Assembly (NCBI GenBank): GCA_963745605.1
Contig: CAVUYC010000015.1
Span: 11,437 to 75,436 of the forward strand
DNA from: an uncultured Chloroflexia bacterium
GTDB taxonomy: Bacteria; Chloroflexota; Dehalococcoidia; Dehalococcoidales; UBA2162
Direction: 5' to 3'
Length of the DNA stretch: 64,000 nucleotides
Each line of letters begins with the position of its first letter. Positions within the stretch are counted from its first letter, which is position 1. The notes below the pieces were generated by a model, which was not told the origin of the DNA, did not search any database, and saw only the letters and a list, made by a program, of their open reading frames with translations. The position numbers were made by a program, and so were the translations under genes. This document shows positions 27,621-38,057 of this stretch, in pieces.

Positions 27621-28460
27621 TCAGAGCGTGCTGCCGAGAACAAACCAGTCAATCAGTTCCCGCGCTATCGTCATTTTGGGAGGAATCTCAGGAAGGTGTG
27701 CCGAATCGAACCAGCCAGCCTCGCCTACTTCCAATCCATCAACCTTGATCTCTCCGCTCTCGTACTCAGCGGTGAATCCCAACATCAACGAGTTGGGAAA
27801 AGGCCAGGGCTGACTTGCGAAGTACTTGAGATTCTGCACGCGAATCCCAACCTCTTCGTAGACTTCCCTCTTGAGGCATTCCTCCAGCGTCTCGCCGGGT
27901 TCGACGAAGCCCGCCAGGATACTGAACATTCTCCCCCTCACCCCAGCCCTCCGCGCGAGCAGAATCTTGTCTTCTCTGACGATCGCGGCGATCACCGCCG
28001 GGGAAAGCCGCGGGTAGCTGATGAGACCACAAGCAGGGCATTTCTTCCCTCGTTCACCATGCATCGTCTCAGTAGGATGTCCGCACCTTCCACAGAACTG
28101 GTTTGTCTGGTCCCAGGTCACGATCTGAAGAGCCCTCCCGGCCAGGAGATAAATGTCCTCATCGACGAGGCCGTAGCTCGATCGAAGGTCCACCAATGAC
28201 GTTCCTGCTGGGGCAATGGCACCGGGGGGCAAGTCAGCTGAATAGCAGTTCTTCCCCTCGAGGATCCCAAGATATTGGGTTCTCACCGCCACGATGTTCC
28301 AATTGCGCAGGTCCTCCACGGAGGGCGTGCTCGCAGTTTGCCCAGCAGTCTTCAGTAGAATCTTGCCTTCCGCAAAAGCAAAGACATATGCGTTGTCCTC
28401 AAGCTCTGTGGGAGGCGTTACCAGAGGGACAAAACGATTGTAGATGCTCATCCTGGTCAT
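27621..28460 (-). CDS. nudC: NAD(+) diphosphatase
   Basis: Zn ribbon FCGRCG..CPACG, YPRLSPAVI, Nudix box AGFVEPGETLEECLKREVYEEVG, SQPWPFPNS. Confidence 0.93.
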   Translation of the reverse strand: MTRMSIYNRFVPLVTPPTELEDNAYVFAFAEGKILLKTAGQTASTPSVEDLRNWNIVAVRTQYLGILEGKNCYSADLPPGAIAPAGTSLVDLRSSYGLVDEDIYLLAGRALQIVTWDQTNQFCGRCGHPTETMHGERGKKCPACGLISYPRLSPAVIAAIVREDKILLARRAGVRGRMFSILAGFVEPGETLEECLKREVYEEVGIRVQNLKYFASQPWPFPNSLMLGFTAEYESGEIKVDGLEVGEAGWFDSAHLPEIPPKMTIARELIDWFVLGSTL

Positions 28461-28720
28461 GCATGATCCACCCTTTTCACGTCGACTCCAATCCGGCTGC
28501 TTCCAGAGGATCCCGGACGTTTGTTGACACGATACTGAGCCCGATGATAGTATCACCAGCACGATCCCGGACGGTAATTGGGGCACTATTTTTGCCTCGA
28601 TGAGAACAACAAAGGAGGAGACTATAGCACTTAGAATTCGCTAAATTTGCCAGTATACCCAGGCAGAAAGCTGACCATCCATCGTTAGCAAGGGAACAGC
28701 AACGTTTTGGAGGAAAGACT

Positions 28721-30553
28721 TTGAAAAGAAATTTGGCGTGCATTCTTCTGTCTTCGCTTGTTTCTGGCATTCTGGTCCTGGCGTCATGCTCCCAGCCCAC
28801 GCAAACGACAACCGCTAATCCCGTCCCCACCTCCACAACATCGTCACAGACGACGACTACTACCAAGCCGGTTTCTACGACAACCACCACAGCTGAAAAG
28901 CCGAAATACGGCGGCACAATCAACATCGCCGCTGCTGCCGACCCGGTCTACTGGGATCCGATACGGACGGTGGTTAGCCAAACGATCAACCTGACCCACG
29001 AGCAGACATTTCAAGGCGACTGGGCGAAAGGAACTGCCGGCGGCTTCGGCACCGGAGAAACAGACTGGGGATATGCCGACAACGACCTTTTTGACCTCAA
29101 GACCGGATATGTCGCGGAGAGCGTCAAGTGGACCACTGATGCGGCAAACAACGTGGGCTTCGTCGTATACAAAGTGCGCCAAGGCATCCATTGGGCGTTG
29201 GATCCCAACAACGAGGCCAGCCGCTTAGTGAACGGCCGCGAGCTGACGGCCGACGATGTCCTCTTCTCGTTCAAATGGTCAACAACCTATGCACAAGGCT
29301 ATGTCTTCCGCAACAACCAAGAACTGAGGACTGCCGAGTTCACCAAGACGGCACCGTGGGAGGTAACGGTCAAGGTCCCGCTTGCAGCGCTTATGATGGC
29401 TGTGACCCGTTACAACGACACAGTCATGATCGTACCGCCAGAAGTTGTAAACAAGTACGGTAACATGGACGACTGGAAGACTTCGGTTGGCACGGGACCG
29501 TTCATCTTGTCGGACTTCGTATCCAACAGTGTCACAACTCTCAACAGGAATCGCAACTGGTACGTCAAAGACCCTGTGGGTCCAGGCAAAGGCAACCAGT
29601 TGCCATATGTTGACCGTGTCAAAGTGTTCAGCATAGCCGATACCTCTACACGCTTGGCCGGTCTTCGCACGGGGAAGATCGACGAAATGAGCAGTGTCCT
29701 CCTTGAAGACTACCAGTCGCTCAGCAAGACCACCCCACAGATGAAGGTACAGTACTCTGATTCGTTTCAAGGCAGGGGCAACCCTCCCCTGGCGATGAGG
29801 ATAGATACTAAACCGTTCAACGACATCAAGGTCCGCAAGGCCATGAACATGGCGATCGACTTCAACTCCATACTCAAAGGATACAGGGGCGGGGAAGGGC
29901 AGATCTATACCTGGCCTCACTCCAAGATCAAGGAGTACCAAGAACTCTATCTGGACTACAACGACTACTCTGCAGCAGCCAAGGAACTGTACAGCTACAA
30001 TCCCGAAAAGGCCAAACAACTCCTTAAGGAAGCTGGATATCCCAGCGGATTCAAGACCAACATCATTCTCATCCAAGATGAGGTGGACCTTATTTCGATC
30101 TACGCCGACTACCTGTCGAGGATAGGCATCGAGATGGCGCTCGATGTCAAAGAAACCGCGGTCAAGACAAACATCCAGAACAACAAGCAGCACACGCAGA
30201 TGATAACAGGCGACACCGCCCCGATAGCTATTTTCTACAACGGCCAGCCGATCTCGGGCGTTTCCCACAACAACCGCAGCATGGTAGACGACCCGTTCAT
30301 CAACGAGAAGCTTGTGCCCATCAGGGCGGCGATGCTGACGGACCAACGCCAGGCGATGAGGATGTACCGAGAGTTAACCAAGTACGTCGTTGAACAAGCA
30401 TATGTTATTCCCGCCGTCACACCCGGATATCGAACGCTGTGGTGGCCATGGATCAAGAATTATTCGGGCGAGCTCAATGTGGGCTACGACGATCCCATAT
30501 TCCCGGCGTTCCTCTGGGTCGACCAAGACTTGAAGAGCAGCATGGGTTACTGA
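28721..30553 (+). CDS. ABC transporter solute-binding lipoprotein, family 5 (Opp/Dpp-like)
   Basis: Lipobox VLASC, Thr-rich linker, KPKYGG, GRELTADDV, VGTGPF, PFNDIKVRKAMNMAID, YNPEKAKQLLKEAGYP. Confidence 0.93.
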   Translation: MKRNLACILLSSLVSGILVLASCSQPTQTTTANPVPTSTTSSQTTTTTKPVSTTTTTAEKPKYGGTINIAAAADPVYWDPIRTVVSQTINLTHEQTFQGDWAKGTAGGFGTGETDWGYADNDLFDLKTGYVAESVKWTTDAANNVGFVVYKVRQGIHWALDPNNEASRLVNGRELTADDVLFSFKWSTTYAQGYVFRNNQELRTAEFTKTAPWEVTVKVPLAALMMAVTRYNDTVMIVPPEVVNKYGNMDDWKTSVGTGPFILSDFVSNSVTTLNRNRNWYVKDPVGPGKGNQLPYVDRVKVFSIADTSTRLAGLRTGKIDEMSSVLLEDYQSLSKTTPQMKVQYSDSFQGRGNPPLAMRIDTKPFNDIKVRKAMNMAIDFNSILKGYRGGEGQIYTWPHSKIKEYQELYLDYNDYSAAAKELYSYNPEKAKQLLKEAGYPSGFKTNIILIQDEVDLISIYADYLSRIGIEMALDVKETAVKTNIQNNKQHTQMITGDTAPIAIFYNGQPISGVSHNNRSMVDDPFINEKLVPIRAAMLTDQRQAMRMYRELTKYVVEQAYVIPAVTPGYRTLWWPWIKNYSGELNVGYDDPIFPAFLWVDQDLKSSMGY

Positions 30554-30653
30554 ACTTGGGGAGATCCGAAGGAAGACGCAGGAAACACGTAACGTAGATA
30601 CAGAATCGACTCGTCGAAGCGCTCCAAGGCGCAGAATAGACTAAGGAGAACAC

Positions 30654-32405
30654 ATGGCCGAAAAGTACAGATGTCTCAATCCCGTGGGCACACAGGAACC
30701 AGTGGACCTGAATCCGCTAGCGCCACGCCTTGACAAGTTGGACGGGAAGAATATTTACGTCAGCATCGGCGCGGGCGGCGAACAGGACATCACGATCCCA
30801 CTGCCCCAGGCGTTGCAGCGAGCCTTTCCTAATGTCAACTGGCACGTGACGAGGGCTGCTCCTCATATGACGATCGCTGGAAGCATCGCTCTCTCCCCGG
30901 AGGAGATGAAGACAGCCGACGCGCTTATCCGCGGCGTTGTGTGGTGACACGGCGCGATATGGGAGCAGTTGCCTACCCTATCGAGCTACGAAAAAGCCGG
31001 CATTCCCAGCGTCTTCATAATCTACGGCGACCAGGACGGATGCTGGAGGCAAGCCTGCAAAGTAAACGGCGTTCCAGGAATCCGCTGTGTGCATGCCTCT
31101 CGCACCACGCCGGGGGTCCCCGACGTTGACAGAATGGTGCCCGAGCTGATCGACGCCCTCATGCGCCCGCTGACTGCTGAAGAGAAGAAGAAGGGCCGGT
31201 GGGAAGTCTCCAACGACAGAATCCTCTTTGAAGGGACTCTAGAAGAGGCTGAGGAATTCTATAATCAGACCGAGTTCATACCCGAGATCAAGGCTTCTCT
31301 CGCCAAGTATGGCGATGGTCTTCCCGTCAGAGTTCCCACTGAAGAACGGGTGGCTGCGATGCTGAAGGGCACCAGCCACAAAGCGGATGAGATAATCCGG
31401 TTCCAGAGGGACCACAGACTTGGGGACCGGTCCATCCAGATCGGCAACTCCGGCAAAAAGGGTGATCCGGTACATTACCTGCCGATGAAACGCACAGCCA
31501 CCGTAGAGAAGCTTGCTGCTATCGCGGTCATGGCCGGCTGCAAACCAGAGCACATGCCTGTCCTGCTTGCCATGGCTGAGTCGGGCGGCGGCTGCGGTGA
31601 CGGCCGAGGCAGGGACGGGTATATCATCAGTGGCCCTTATTACAAAGAGATCGATATGAACGTGGACATCGGCATCATGGGCCAGGGTAGCGTCACCAAC
31701 CGTTCTCTAGGGCGCGCCTCTCAATTGATGTTCAAGAATCTGGGTGAGAATATACCCGGACGCACCAACTGCGGCATCTGGGGCAGCCCGCTTCACAACG
31801 TGTTCGCTGAGAACATGGACGCTCTACCCGAAGGATGGGAAGGACTGAACGAGGAATGCGGTTTCGAGAAGAATCAGAGCCTTCTGGTACAAGCAGCCTC
31901 GGGCGGCGGTGCGAGGGTACAGTTCTCCCCTGGCGGCTATCGAGCTTTCCAGAAAAGCGGCCACGGCGGCATCGCCCGGTCCTTGGGGGTCAAGGGCAAA
32001 CCTGGCCCCCACAATTGGCTTGAGTACATCACCCCGGGACTTTGGGCCAGGGCGGAAGGCGGAATTACGGTGTTCATGTTCCCAGAGATGGCACAGCAGC
32101 TTCGCGATTGGGGCTTCAAGTCTAAGGACGAGATCTACGAGTTCCTTTACAAGAAGAGCTTCATGCCACTCGGCGAGTACCGGATGCACTCGTGGCCGGA
32201 TATGCGCACCAACGCGTGGCTCGGTATCGAGAAGACTTCAGGCAAGCATTGGAAAGAACTTTCTGATGACTACATGGTCCCAGCCATGAATGATCCATTC
32301 GACAACTGTGTGATCGTCACCGGCAACGGCGAAGAGTCAACCATGATCGGCGGCGGCAGGACGGGCGGTCCTGACGCAGCCTGGAGCATCGACGTCTGGC
32401 GCTAG
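30654..32405 (+). CDS. Putative selenoprotein 2 (583 aa, Sec98, V-W-U-H-G-A), paralog of 24097-25845
   Basis: ORFs 30654-30947 and 30969-32405 are in frame across TGA 30945-30947; SECIS-like hairpin; end-to-end similarity to paralog (CLNPVGTQEP...SIDxWR). Confidence 0.87.
30948..30986 (+). promoter_or_regulatory. Bacterial SECIS-like hairpin
   Basis: CGAUA-U-GGG-A-GC[AGUU]GC-C-U-A-CCC-UAUCG; loop starts 19 nt after the UGA. Confidence 0.8.
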
Positions 32406-32439
32406 GTCAGAGCTTCAGAAGAGAGTCCAAGAGACCATT

Positions 32440-32463
32440 GGGGCGGCCCGAACGGGCCGCCCC
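32440..32463 (+). other. GC-rich intercistronic hairpin without U-tract
   Basis: GGGGCGGCCCG-AA-CGGGCCGCCCC perfect inverted repeat. Confidence 0.6.
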
Positions 32464-32507
32464 TCATCTAGTACCTGCGTTACAGCAACTCCTAAAGGGG
32501 GTAGGAC

Positions 32508-33738
32508 ATGCTTAGTCCCTATCGAGTCCTGGACCTCACCGACGAAAAAGGACTTCTTTGCGGAAAGATACTGGGCGACATTGGCGCGGACGTAATTAAG
32601 ATCGAGAGGCCAGGCGGAGACCGCTCCAGAGGCGTCGGCCCCTTCTATCACGACGAGCCTCACCCTGAGAAGAGCCTCTTCTGGTTCGCTCTGAATACGA
32701 GCAAGAGAGGAATCACTCTCAATCTGGAGACGGTAGACGGGCGCGAGATCTTTATGCGGCTGGTCAAGAAAGCCGATTTTGTGGTCGAATCCTTTCCTCC
32801 CGGTTACCTTGGCGGGATCGGTCTCGGGTATCAGGACCTCGAGAAGATCAACCCTGGCGTGATTGTCATTTCCATCACGCCATTCGGGCAGAGCGGACCT
32901 TATAAGGACTGGAAGACTTCGGATATCGTGGCGTGGGCAATGGGCGGAGAGATGGCTCCCTACGGGGATGCCGACCGGCCGCCAACGCGATTCAGCCATC
33001 ATTCTCAAGCATATCTTCATGCAGGTTCCGACGGTGCCCAAGGTGCGCTGACTGCCTTATACCATCGCTGGGAAACTGGCCAAGGACAGCAGATAGATGT
33101 GTCCATCCAGGAATCCGTAGTGCAATGTCTGGAACACCACACGGCGAACTGGGACCTCAGACACGCATTGGCCAAGCGCGACGCGAAATTCCGGATGGGT
33201 GCGGCCCACCAGACCACGCTGCTATGGCCATGCAAAGACGGTTGGGTATCATGGTCGCACGGGGGTAACTCCGTACTCGCTCCTAGTCTTCCCCTGATCA
33301 AGTGGATGCAGGCTGAAGGGTCTAGCAACGAGTTTTTGGACAATTTCAACTGGGACATGCCCGATTTCCCAAAGATATCTCAAGAGGAAATGGACAAGAT
33401 TGAGGAGCCGACGGCGCGCTTCTTCATGAAGCATACGAAGGCCGAACTTCTCGAGGGTGCCGTTAAGTACAAAGTCATGATGTATCCCGTCGCGACAGCG
33501 GACGATATGCTCGAGAACAGGCAACTCGAAGGCGCGAAAGTTCTGGGTGAAGCTTGAACACCCCGAGCTTGGCGAGAGCTTCTCCTATCCGGGAGCTTTC
33601 GCGGTGTTCTCCGAGTCTCCGATCAAGATTACCCGTCGGGCTCCGCTCATCGGGGAACACAACAAGGAAGTATACGAAGGGGAGCTGGGCATGACCACGG
33701 AAGAGACGGTGGCCCTTAGACAAGCAGGGGTGATTTAG
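32508..33738 (+). CDS. Family III CoA-transferase (CaiB/BaiF, BbsE-like), frameshift near 33531
   Basis: YRVLDLT, GADVIKIERPGGD, NTSKRGITLNL, ITPFGQSGPY, GQGQQIDVS; C-terminal RRAPLIGEHN in the next frame. Confidence 0.85.
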
Positions 33739-33777
33739 GCACAAACGGAGTTCACTGACACTAAACCGGAGGAATCC

Positions 33778-34966
33778 ATGCAGAAGAAACTACTTGAGGG
33801 AATCAGGGTAGCCGATTTCACCTGGCACATGACCGGTCCTATCACCACAAAGCACCTCTCTGACCTCGGAGCCGAAGTGATAATAATAGAGAGCAAACGA
33901 AGGCCGGGCTGGAGGCGCGGGCCGCCCCGCTCAAGCAGTACCGATCAGAATTGCACGAGCAAGCTAAGCGTCACTCTCAACACCAGGGACCCACGAGGGC
34001 TTGATCTGGCGAAACGCATCGTTGCCAAGTCGCACATCATGGTGGAGAATTTCGCCGGCACAGCCATTGCCCGCATGGGCCTCGGCTATGATGTCGTCAA
34101 GCAACTCAAGCCGGACATCATCATGCTGAGTACTTCGATGCAAGGCCAGACAGGACCATACTCAACGCATCCTGGGTCAGGGCACAAACTCACGGCGCTA
34201 TCCGGGTTCGCCAACATCCTTGGCTACCCGGACAGAAAGCCGGGCTGGCTAGACGCTTACACCGATTTCATTGCACCAAGGTACAACATCATTGCCATCA
34301 TGGCAGCCCTGGAGTATCGACGGCGAACTGGCAAGGGACAATATATCGATATGTCTCAATACGAGTCGGGCATTCACTTCATGTCGCCGCTCGTACTCGA
34401 TTACGAGGCGAACAGGCGTGTTGCGGGCAGAATCGGGAACAAGTGTGATTCCGCGGCACCTCATAATGCCTACCGTTGCCTCGGCCAAGACCGCTGGTGT
34501 GCCATTTCGGTCTTCACCGACCAAGAGTGGAAGAGCTTTTGCACGGTAATGGGGAATGCGGACCTTGCAGATGACCCGAGGTTCCGGACACTTCTCATGC
34601 GCAAGAAGCAATGAGGAGGAACTGGACGAGCTTGTCAACGAATGGACCAGCTACTCGGGCCGGCGAAGAGGTGATGAACTTGATGCAGGCTGCAGGTGTT
34701 CCTGCCGGCACTGGTTGAGACCGGCGAGGACCTCCTCGAGCATGATCCTCATTTGAAGAGTCGCGGTACCTTTGCCGAGCGGAGTACCCTGGCATTGGCA
34801 AGTACAGATCGCAGTTCGGCCCGCACTTCTTCATGTCCAAATACCAATACCAAATGAAGGCCGGCTCCCAAGATGGGAGAGCACAACGAATACGTCCTCA
34901 AGACAGGTCGTCGGCCTTCCGGACTCCGAGTTCGATCAACTGGTCAAGGATGGCGTCATAGACTAA
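33778..34966 (+). CDS. Family III CoA-transferase (BbsF-like), several frameshifts after 34600
   Basis: LEGIRVADFT, VENF, MQGQTGP, AYTDF (catalytic Asp), GKGQYIDMSQ, APHNAYRC; the 3' part switches frames several times, ending ...LVKDGVID. Confidence 0.8.
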
Positions 34967-35012
34967 CCTTGTGAAAACCGGTACCCCAGGGAGTCCTGGA
35001 ACCAGCGAACAA

Positions 35013-35053
35013 AGCAAAGGGGGCGGGTCTCTGACGACCCGCCCCCTTTGCTT
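35013..35053. terminator. Bidirectional terminator
   Basis: GCAAAGGGGGCGGGTC-TCTGAC-GACCCGCCCCCTTTGC between convergent operons. Confidence 0.8.
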
Positions 35054-35074
35054 CAAATATCGCTCGACTGTACC

Positions 35075-35878
35075 CTATTTCGTCTCCATATCGGTCTTGC
35101 GCCGTCTGGCGATCAATGGAGCGGTGGTCGCCCTGAGGATTCTCAGTTCATCTGCGGTAGGAGGCGTGGTGTCCTTAAGGTTGGGCGACACCTTGAGGGT
35201 CCATCCAGTCTCCGCTTTCACCTTGTCCAAAGTTATTCCGCACCCAGCGTGTACGCTCACCAGGACCATCTCGCCGCTCTCGAACTCATAGCATCCCAAA
35301 TCGCTGACCACAGCGACCGGACCGGTACCTCGCATCATCCCAAGGGACTCCCTCTGCCCTGGCCTGCCGTCAAGATATCCTGGACAGGTATTGAAGTCCA
35401 CTCGCTCTGGAAACCGTCTATTGCTCTGATTCAGCATGATGCAGGTACGCTGACAAAAGCTGACCACGTCGTTAGCTCCACCGCTCCCGGGGAAACGGTG
35501 TACCGGATTGTGATAGTCTCCGATAGCAGTGTCATTGACGTTTCCATATCGATCTATTTGCCCGGCTCCGATAAAGCCCAGGTTGATAAAGCCAGCCTGG
35601 CCAAGGTAGCTTATGTAGCTGAGACCTGCCAGCTTGTCCGCATGGAACTGCGTCCCGAGTGTGTCAGTCCCAGCCGGCAGTTCAAACTCCTCGCTTCTGA
35701 CAATGCCGTTTTCGATGACGAAGGTGCAGTTGGGCGCATGCGTGCGCTTGGCGAGAAGCGCCGCCACCATCGGCAGACCAACCCCAACGTACGCAGCCTC
35801 GTTGTCGCGGATAAGGTGAGCCGCGGATACAATCATCTGATCGTTGGCATCGTATGAGAGAGCATTCTTCTGCGTCAT
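35075..35878 (-). CDS. Family I CoA-transferase beta subunit (GctB-like)
   Basis: VGVGLP, VIENG (catalytic Glu), GAGQIDRYGNVN, PGSGGAND. Confidence 0.9.
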   Translation of the reverse strand: MTQKNALSYDANDQMIVSAAHLIRDNEAAYVGVGLPMVAALLAKRTHAPNCTFVIENGIVRSEEFELPAGTDTLGTQFHADKLAGLSYISYLGQAGFINLGFIGAGQIDRYGNVNDTAIGDYHNPVHRFPGSGGANDVVSFCQRTCIMLNQSNRRFPERVDFNTCPGYLDGRPGQRESLGMMRGTGPVAVVSDLGCYEFESGEMVLVSVHAGCGITLDKVKAETGWTLKVSPNLKDTTPPTADELRILRATTAPLIARRRKTDMETK

Positions 35879-36792
35879 TTCGCCATCTCCTTGTACCCGC
35901 TGAATACAGGCTCGGAAGGAATCTTCTCAACCCGCAAGCGATCAAAGTAGTCGTTCCCCTTGACCGCCCTCCTCAACTCGAGGAATTCGTTCCAGTCTTT
36001 AGTACCGTAAACGAACGAATTCATGAAGTTGTCGTATCCGTCCTCGGAACCTAGCTCCGCCAGCATGCCAGGCCAATCGCCAGAGTAACAGCCGGCGAGA
36101 TGAAGCGGATGAGCCCCCATAGGCTGCTCTACGACAGCGCTGACCCTGTATCCCGGGATAATCGTTCGGTTGGGATCCCGTCGCGTCACGTCGGAACTCA
36201 CTATCTCCTCGGTCGTAATAATGACGGTCCTGCTGGCATTGATGCCCTCCGCGTCAACTCCAAGGCTCCCATACCTCTGAGCATTCCCTTCCGCGTCGCA
36301 TCTTTGTACGTGCAGAATCCCAACGTCAGGGACGATAGCCTTCACCGCGCCAATCCTGCCTCCGGGAGTGAACGGATCATCTATCACTGTGATGTTCGGA
36401 TTGAACTTAAGCATGTCCGAACCGGATTGGCTGCGAATCGGCAGGAAGGACACCCCCATATGCCCCGCCATGAGCGCCTGAGCGATCCCGAAATGCGAAT
36501 ACTCAATAAACTCAGGATACTTCTCGAGCGACTTTGCGCGCATAAGCCAGTACGCCCGTGTCCATTCCTGGCCATAATACCCCGTGTAGACTCTGTCCAC
36601 ACGCCCCTCGCCAATCATGAGGCTCAGCGAAGTGAAAAGGCACCCCACCGTAGACAGGTGATCTATCTTCTGCCTAAGTATCTCAACCACTGCTGCAAAC
36701 GGCTCTCCGTGTTGCATTCCACCGATAAAAACGAGATTACCGCTCTTGACATACCTGGAGACCGCATCATACATGGACATTACTTTAGTCAC
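35875..36792 (-). CDS. Family I CoA-transferase alpha subunit (GctA-like)
   Basis: AGHMGVSFLP, PDVGILHVQRCDAEGN, DPNRTIIPG, PMGAHP; ATGA overlap with the beta subunit gene. Confidence 0.9.
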   Translation of the reverse strand: MTKVMSMYDAVSRYVKSGNLVFIGGMQHGEPFAAVVEILRQKIDHLSTVGCLFTSLSLMIGEGRVDRVYTGYYGQEWTRAYWLMRAKSLEKYPEFIEYSHFGIAQALMAGHMGVSFLPIRSQSGSDMLKFNPNITVIDDPFTPGGRIGAVKAIVPDVGILHVQRCDAEGNAQRYGSLGVDAEGINASRTVIITTEEIVSSDVTRRDPNRTIIPGYRVSAVVEQPMGAHPLHLAGCYSGDWPGMLAELGSEDGYDNFMNSFVYGTKDWNEFLELRRAVKGNDYFDRLRVEKIPSEPVFSGYKEMAK

Positions 36793-36996
36793 GTTCTGCT
36801 CCTTTTAGCCCACGGCGTCATTCGAAGATAGCTCAATCCGGAACCAGAATCACTGTGCTCAGGTACAAAGCGCGCCAAGTGTTAATACTATACAGAATTG
36901 GCCTTCAAACCGACGCTATTGTAGGGTAGCTCCAACGTCCATGCAAGCGCCAAGTGCTGTGTGTAACATGCGAATTTTCCTGCTACAATATGCGCA

Positions 36997-37516
36997 ATGG
37001 AAGATCGTGCATGGGTTCCGGTCGAGTTTTATGTGCCCTCGGGGGTTCTCAGCGGGTTCATCTACATTTCTAGCGAACTACGACTGCTAGACCTTCTAAA
37101 CGGTCACGGCCAGAGTAACGCTGACGTCTCAAGCGACTACATTGAGTTCATGAACTCGCCGGAGCTCCCGACCGACCAGAGGAACGCTCGCTTTGTGCGA
37201 AAGGCTGCCATCGGACTGGCTGCTATAGGCGAAGCTAACCTCGCTCGCGGCCTCGGGCGGCAGGATTGCCAGGGTGTATCCGTTTGCGAAGAAATCGCTT
37301 ATACATGTCAGCGTCCAGACTCCAGCCTATATCCTCGACGGGACGATGCACAGCAGACCCGACGGAAGCATCAGGGAGACTCTCGACGAGCGCACCGACT
37401 TCCTTCCTTTGACAGACGTTACGATGTACACAGAGGGCCACTTCTACGGAGAACGCCCTTTCGTCGCTGCCAGAAAAGATCAGATCATTTTCCTCAAGGA
37501 AGAGACTACGGGTTAG
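36997..37516 (+). CDS. Hypothetical protein with two similar halves, frameshift near 37260
   Basis: N-half (VEFY..GVLSGFI..RLLDLLN) and C-half (VSVQTPAYILDGTMH..TLDERTDFLPLTDV..FVAARKDQI) lie in different frames. Confidence 0.6.
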
Positions 37517-37742
37517 GCACTTCAGACCTCGGGGATTGTTCGACCGACTCCAGTCGCCCATCTCCGAACCTGGCTCTTCGTTCGACCAGGCACGTGCGCC
37601 AGCCGAATTCCATGTTCATTCGCCGTTAGTACCATTGCCAAAGCAGAGACATTCGGGAATACTACTAAAGGACTGACAGAACGCGCGGGCTCCATTTCGG
37701 CCCCTCGAGCGAACGCTGATCCCATTCGATGGAGAAGTCTAG

Positions 37743-38057
37743 ATGATCAAGGTGATAATCGGCTACAAAGTGAAATCCGGCTCCGACGTCGAATCGACAA
37801 TGTTCAAACTCAGGCAGCATGCTATGACGTTTCCCGGCTACGTGAGTTCAGAGAACCTGTTGAGCCAGTCGGACCGCTCGATATTCGCGATGGTTCAGAC
37901 TTGGGAGACCCTTGATGACTGGAAGGCATGGGAGCCTTCAGCGATTCGGAGACAGATTCACGAAGAGGCAAAAGCGCTGTTCCTGGAAGAACCCAGGGTG
38001 ACCGTGTACCGCGTGATTTCCACCCGGGGTTTCGGCAATCCTGCTCGAAGTTCCTAA
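37743..38057 (+). CDS. Antibiotic biosynthesis monooxygenase (ABM) domain protein
   Basis: FPGYVSSE, WETLDDWKAW..S..R pattern, 104 aa. Confidence 0.8.
   Translation: MIKVIIGYKVKSGSDVESTMFKLRQHAMTFPGYVSSENLLSQSDRSIFAMVQTWETLDDWKAWEPSAIRRQIHEEAKALFLEEPRVTVYRVISTRGFGNPARSS

Noticed and set aside
28795-28895. ACN-rich repetitive stretch
   Set aside because: Encodes the Thr-rich lipoprotein linker of the solute-binding protein; not a DNA repeat array
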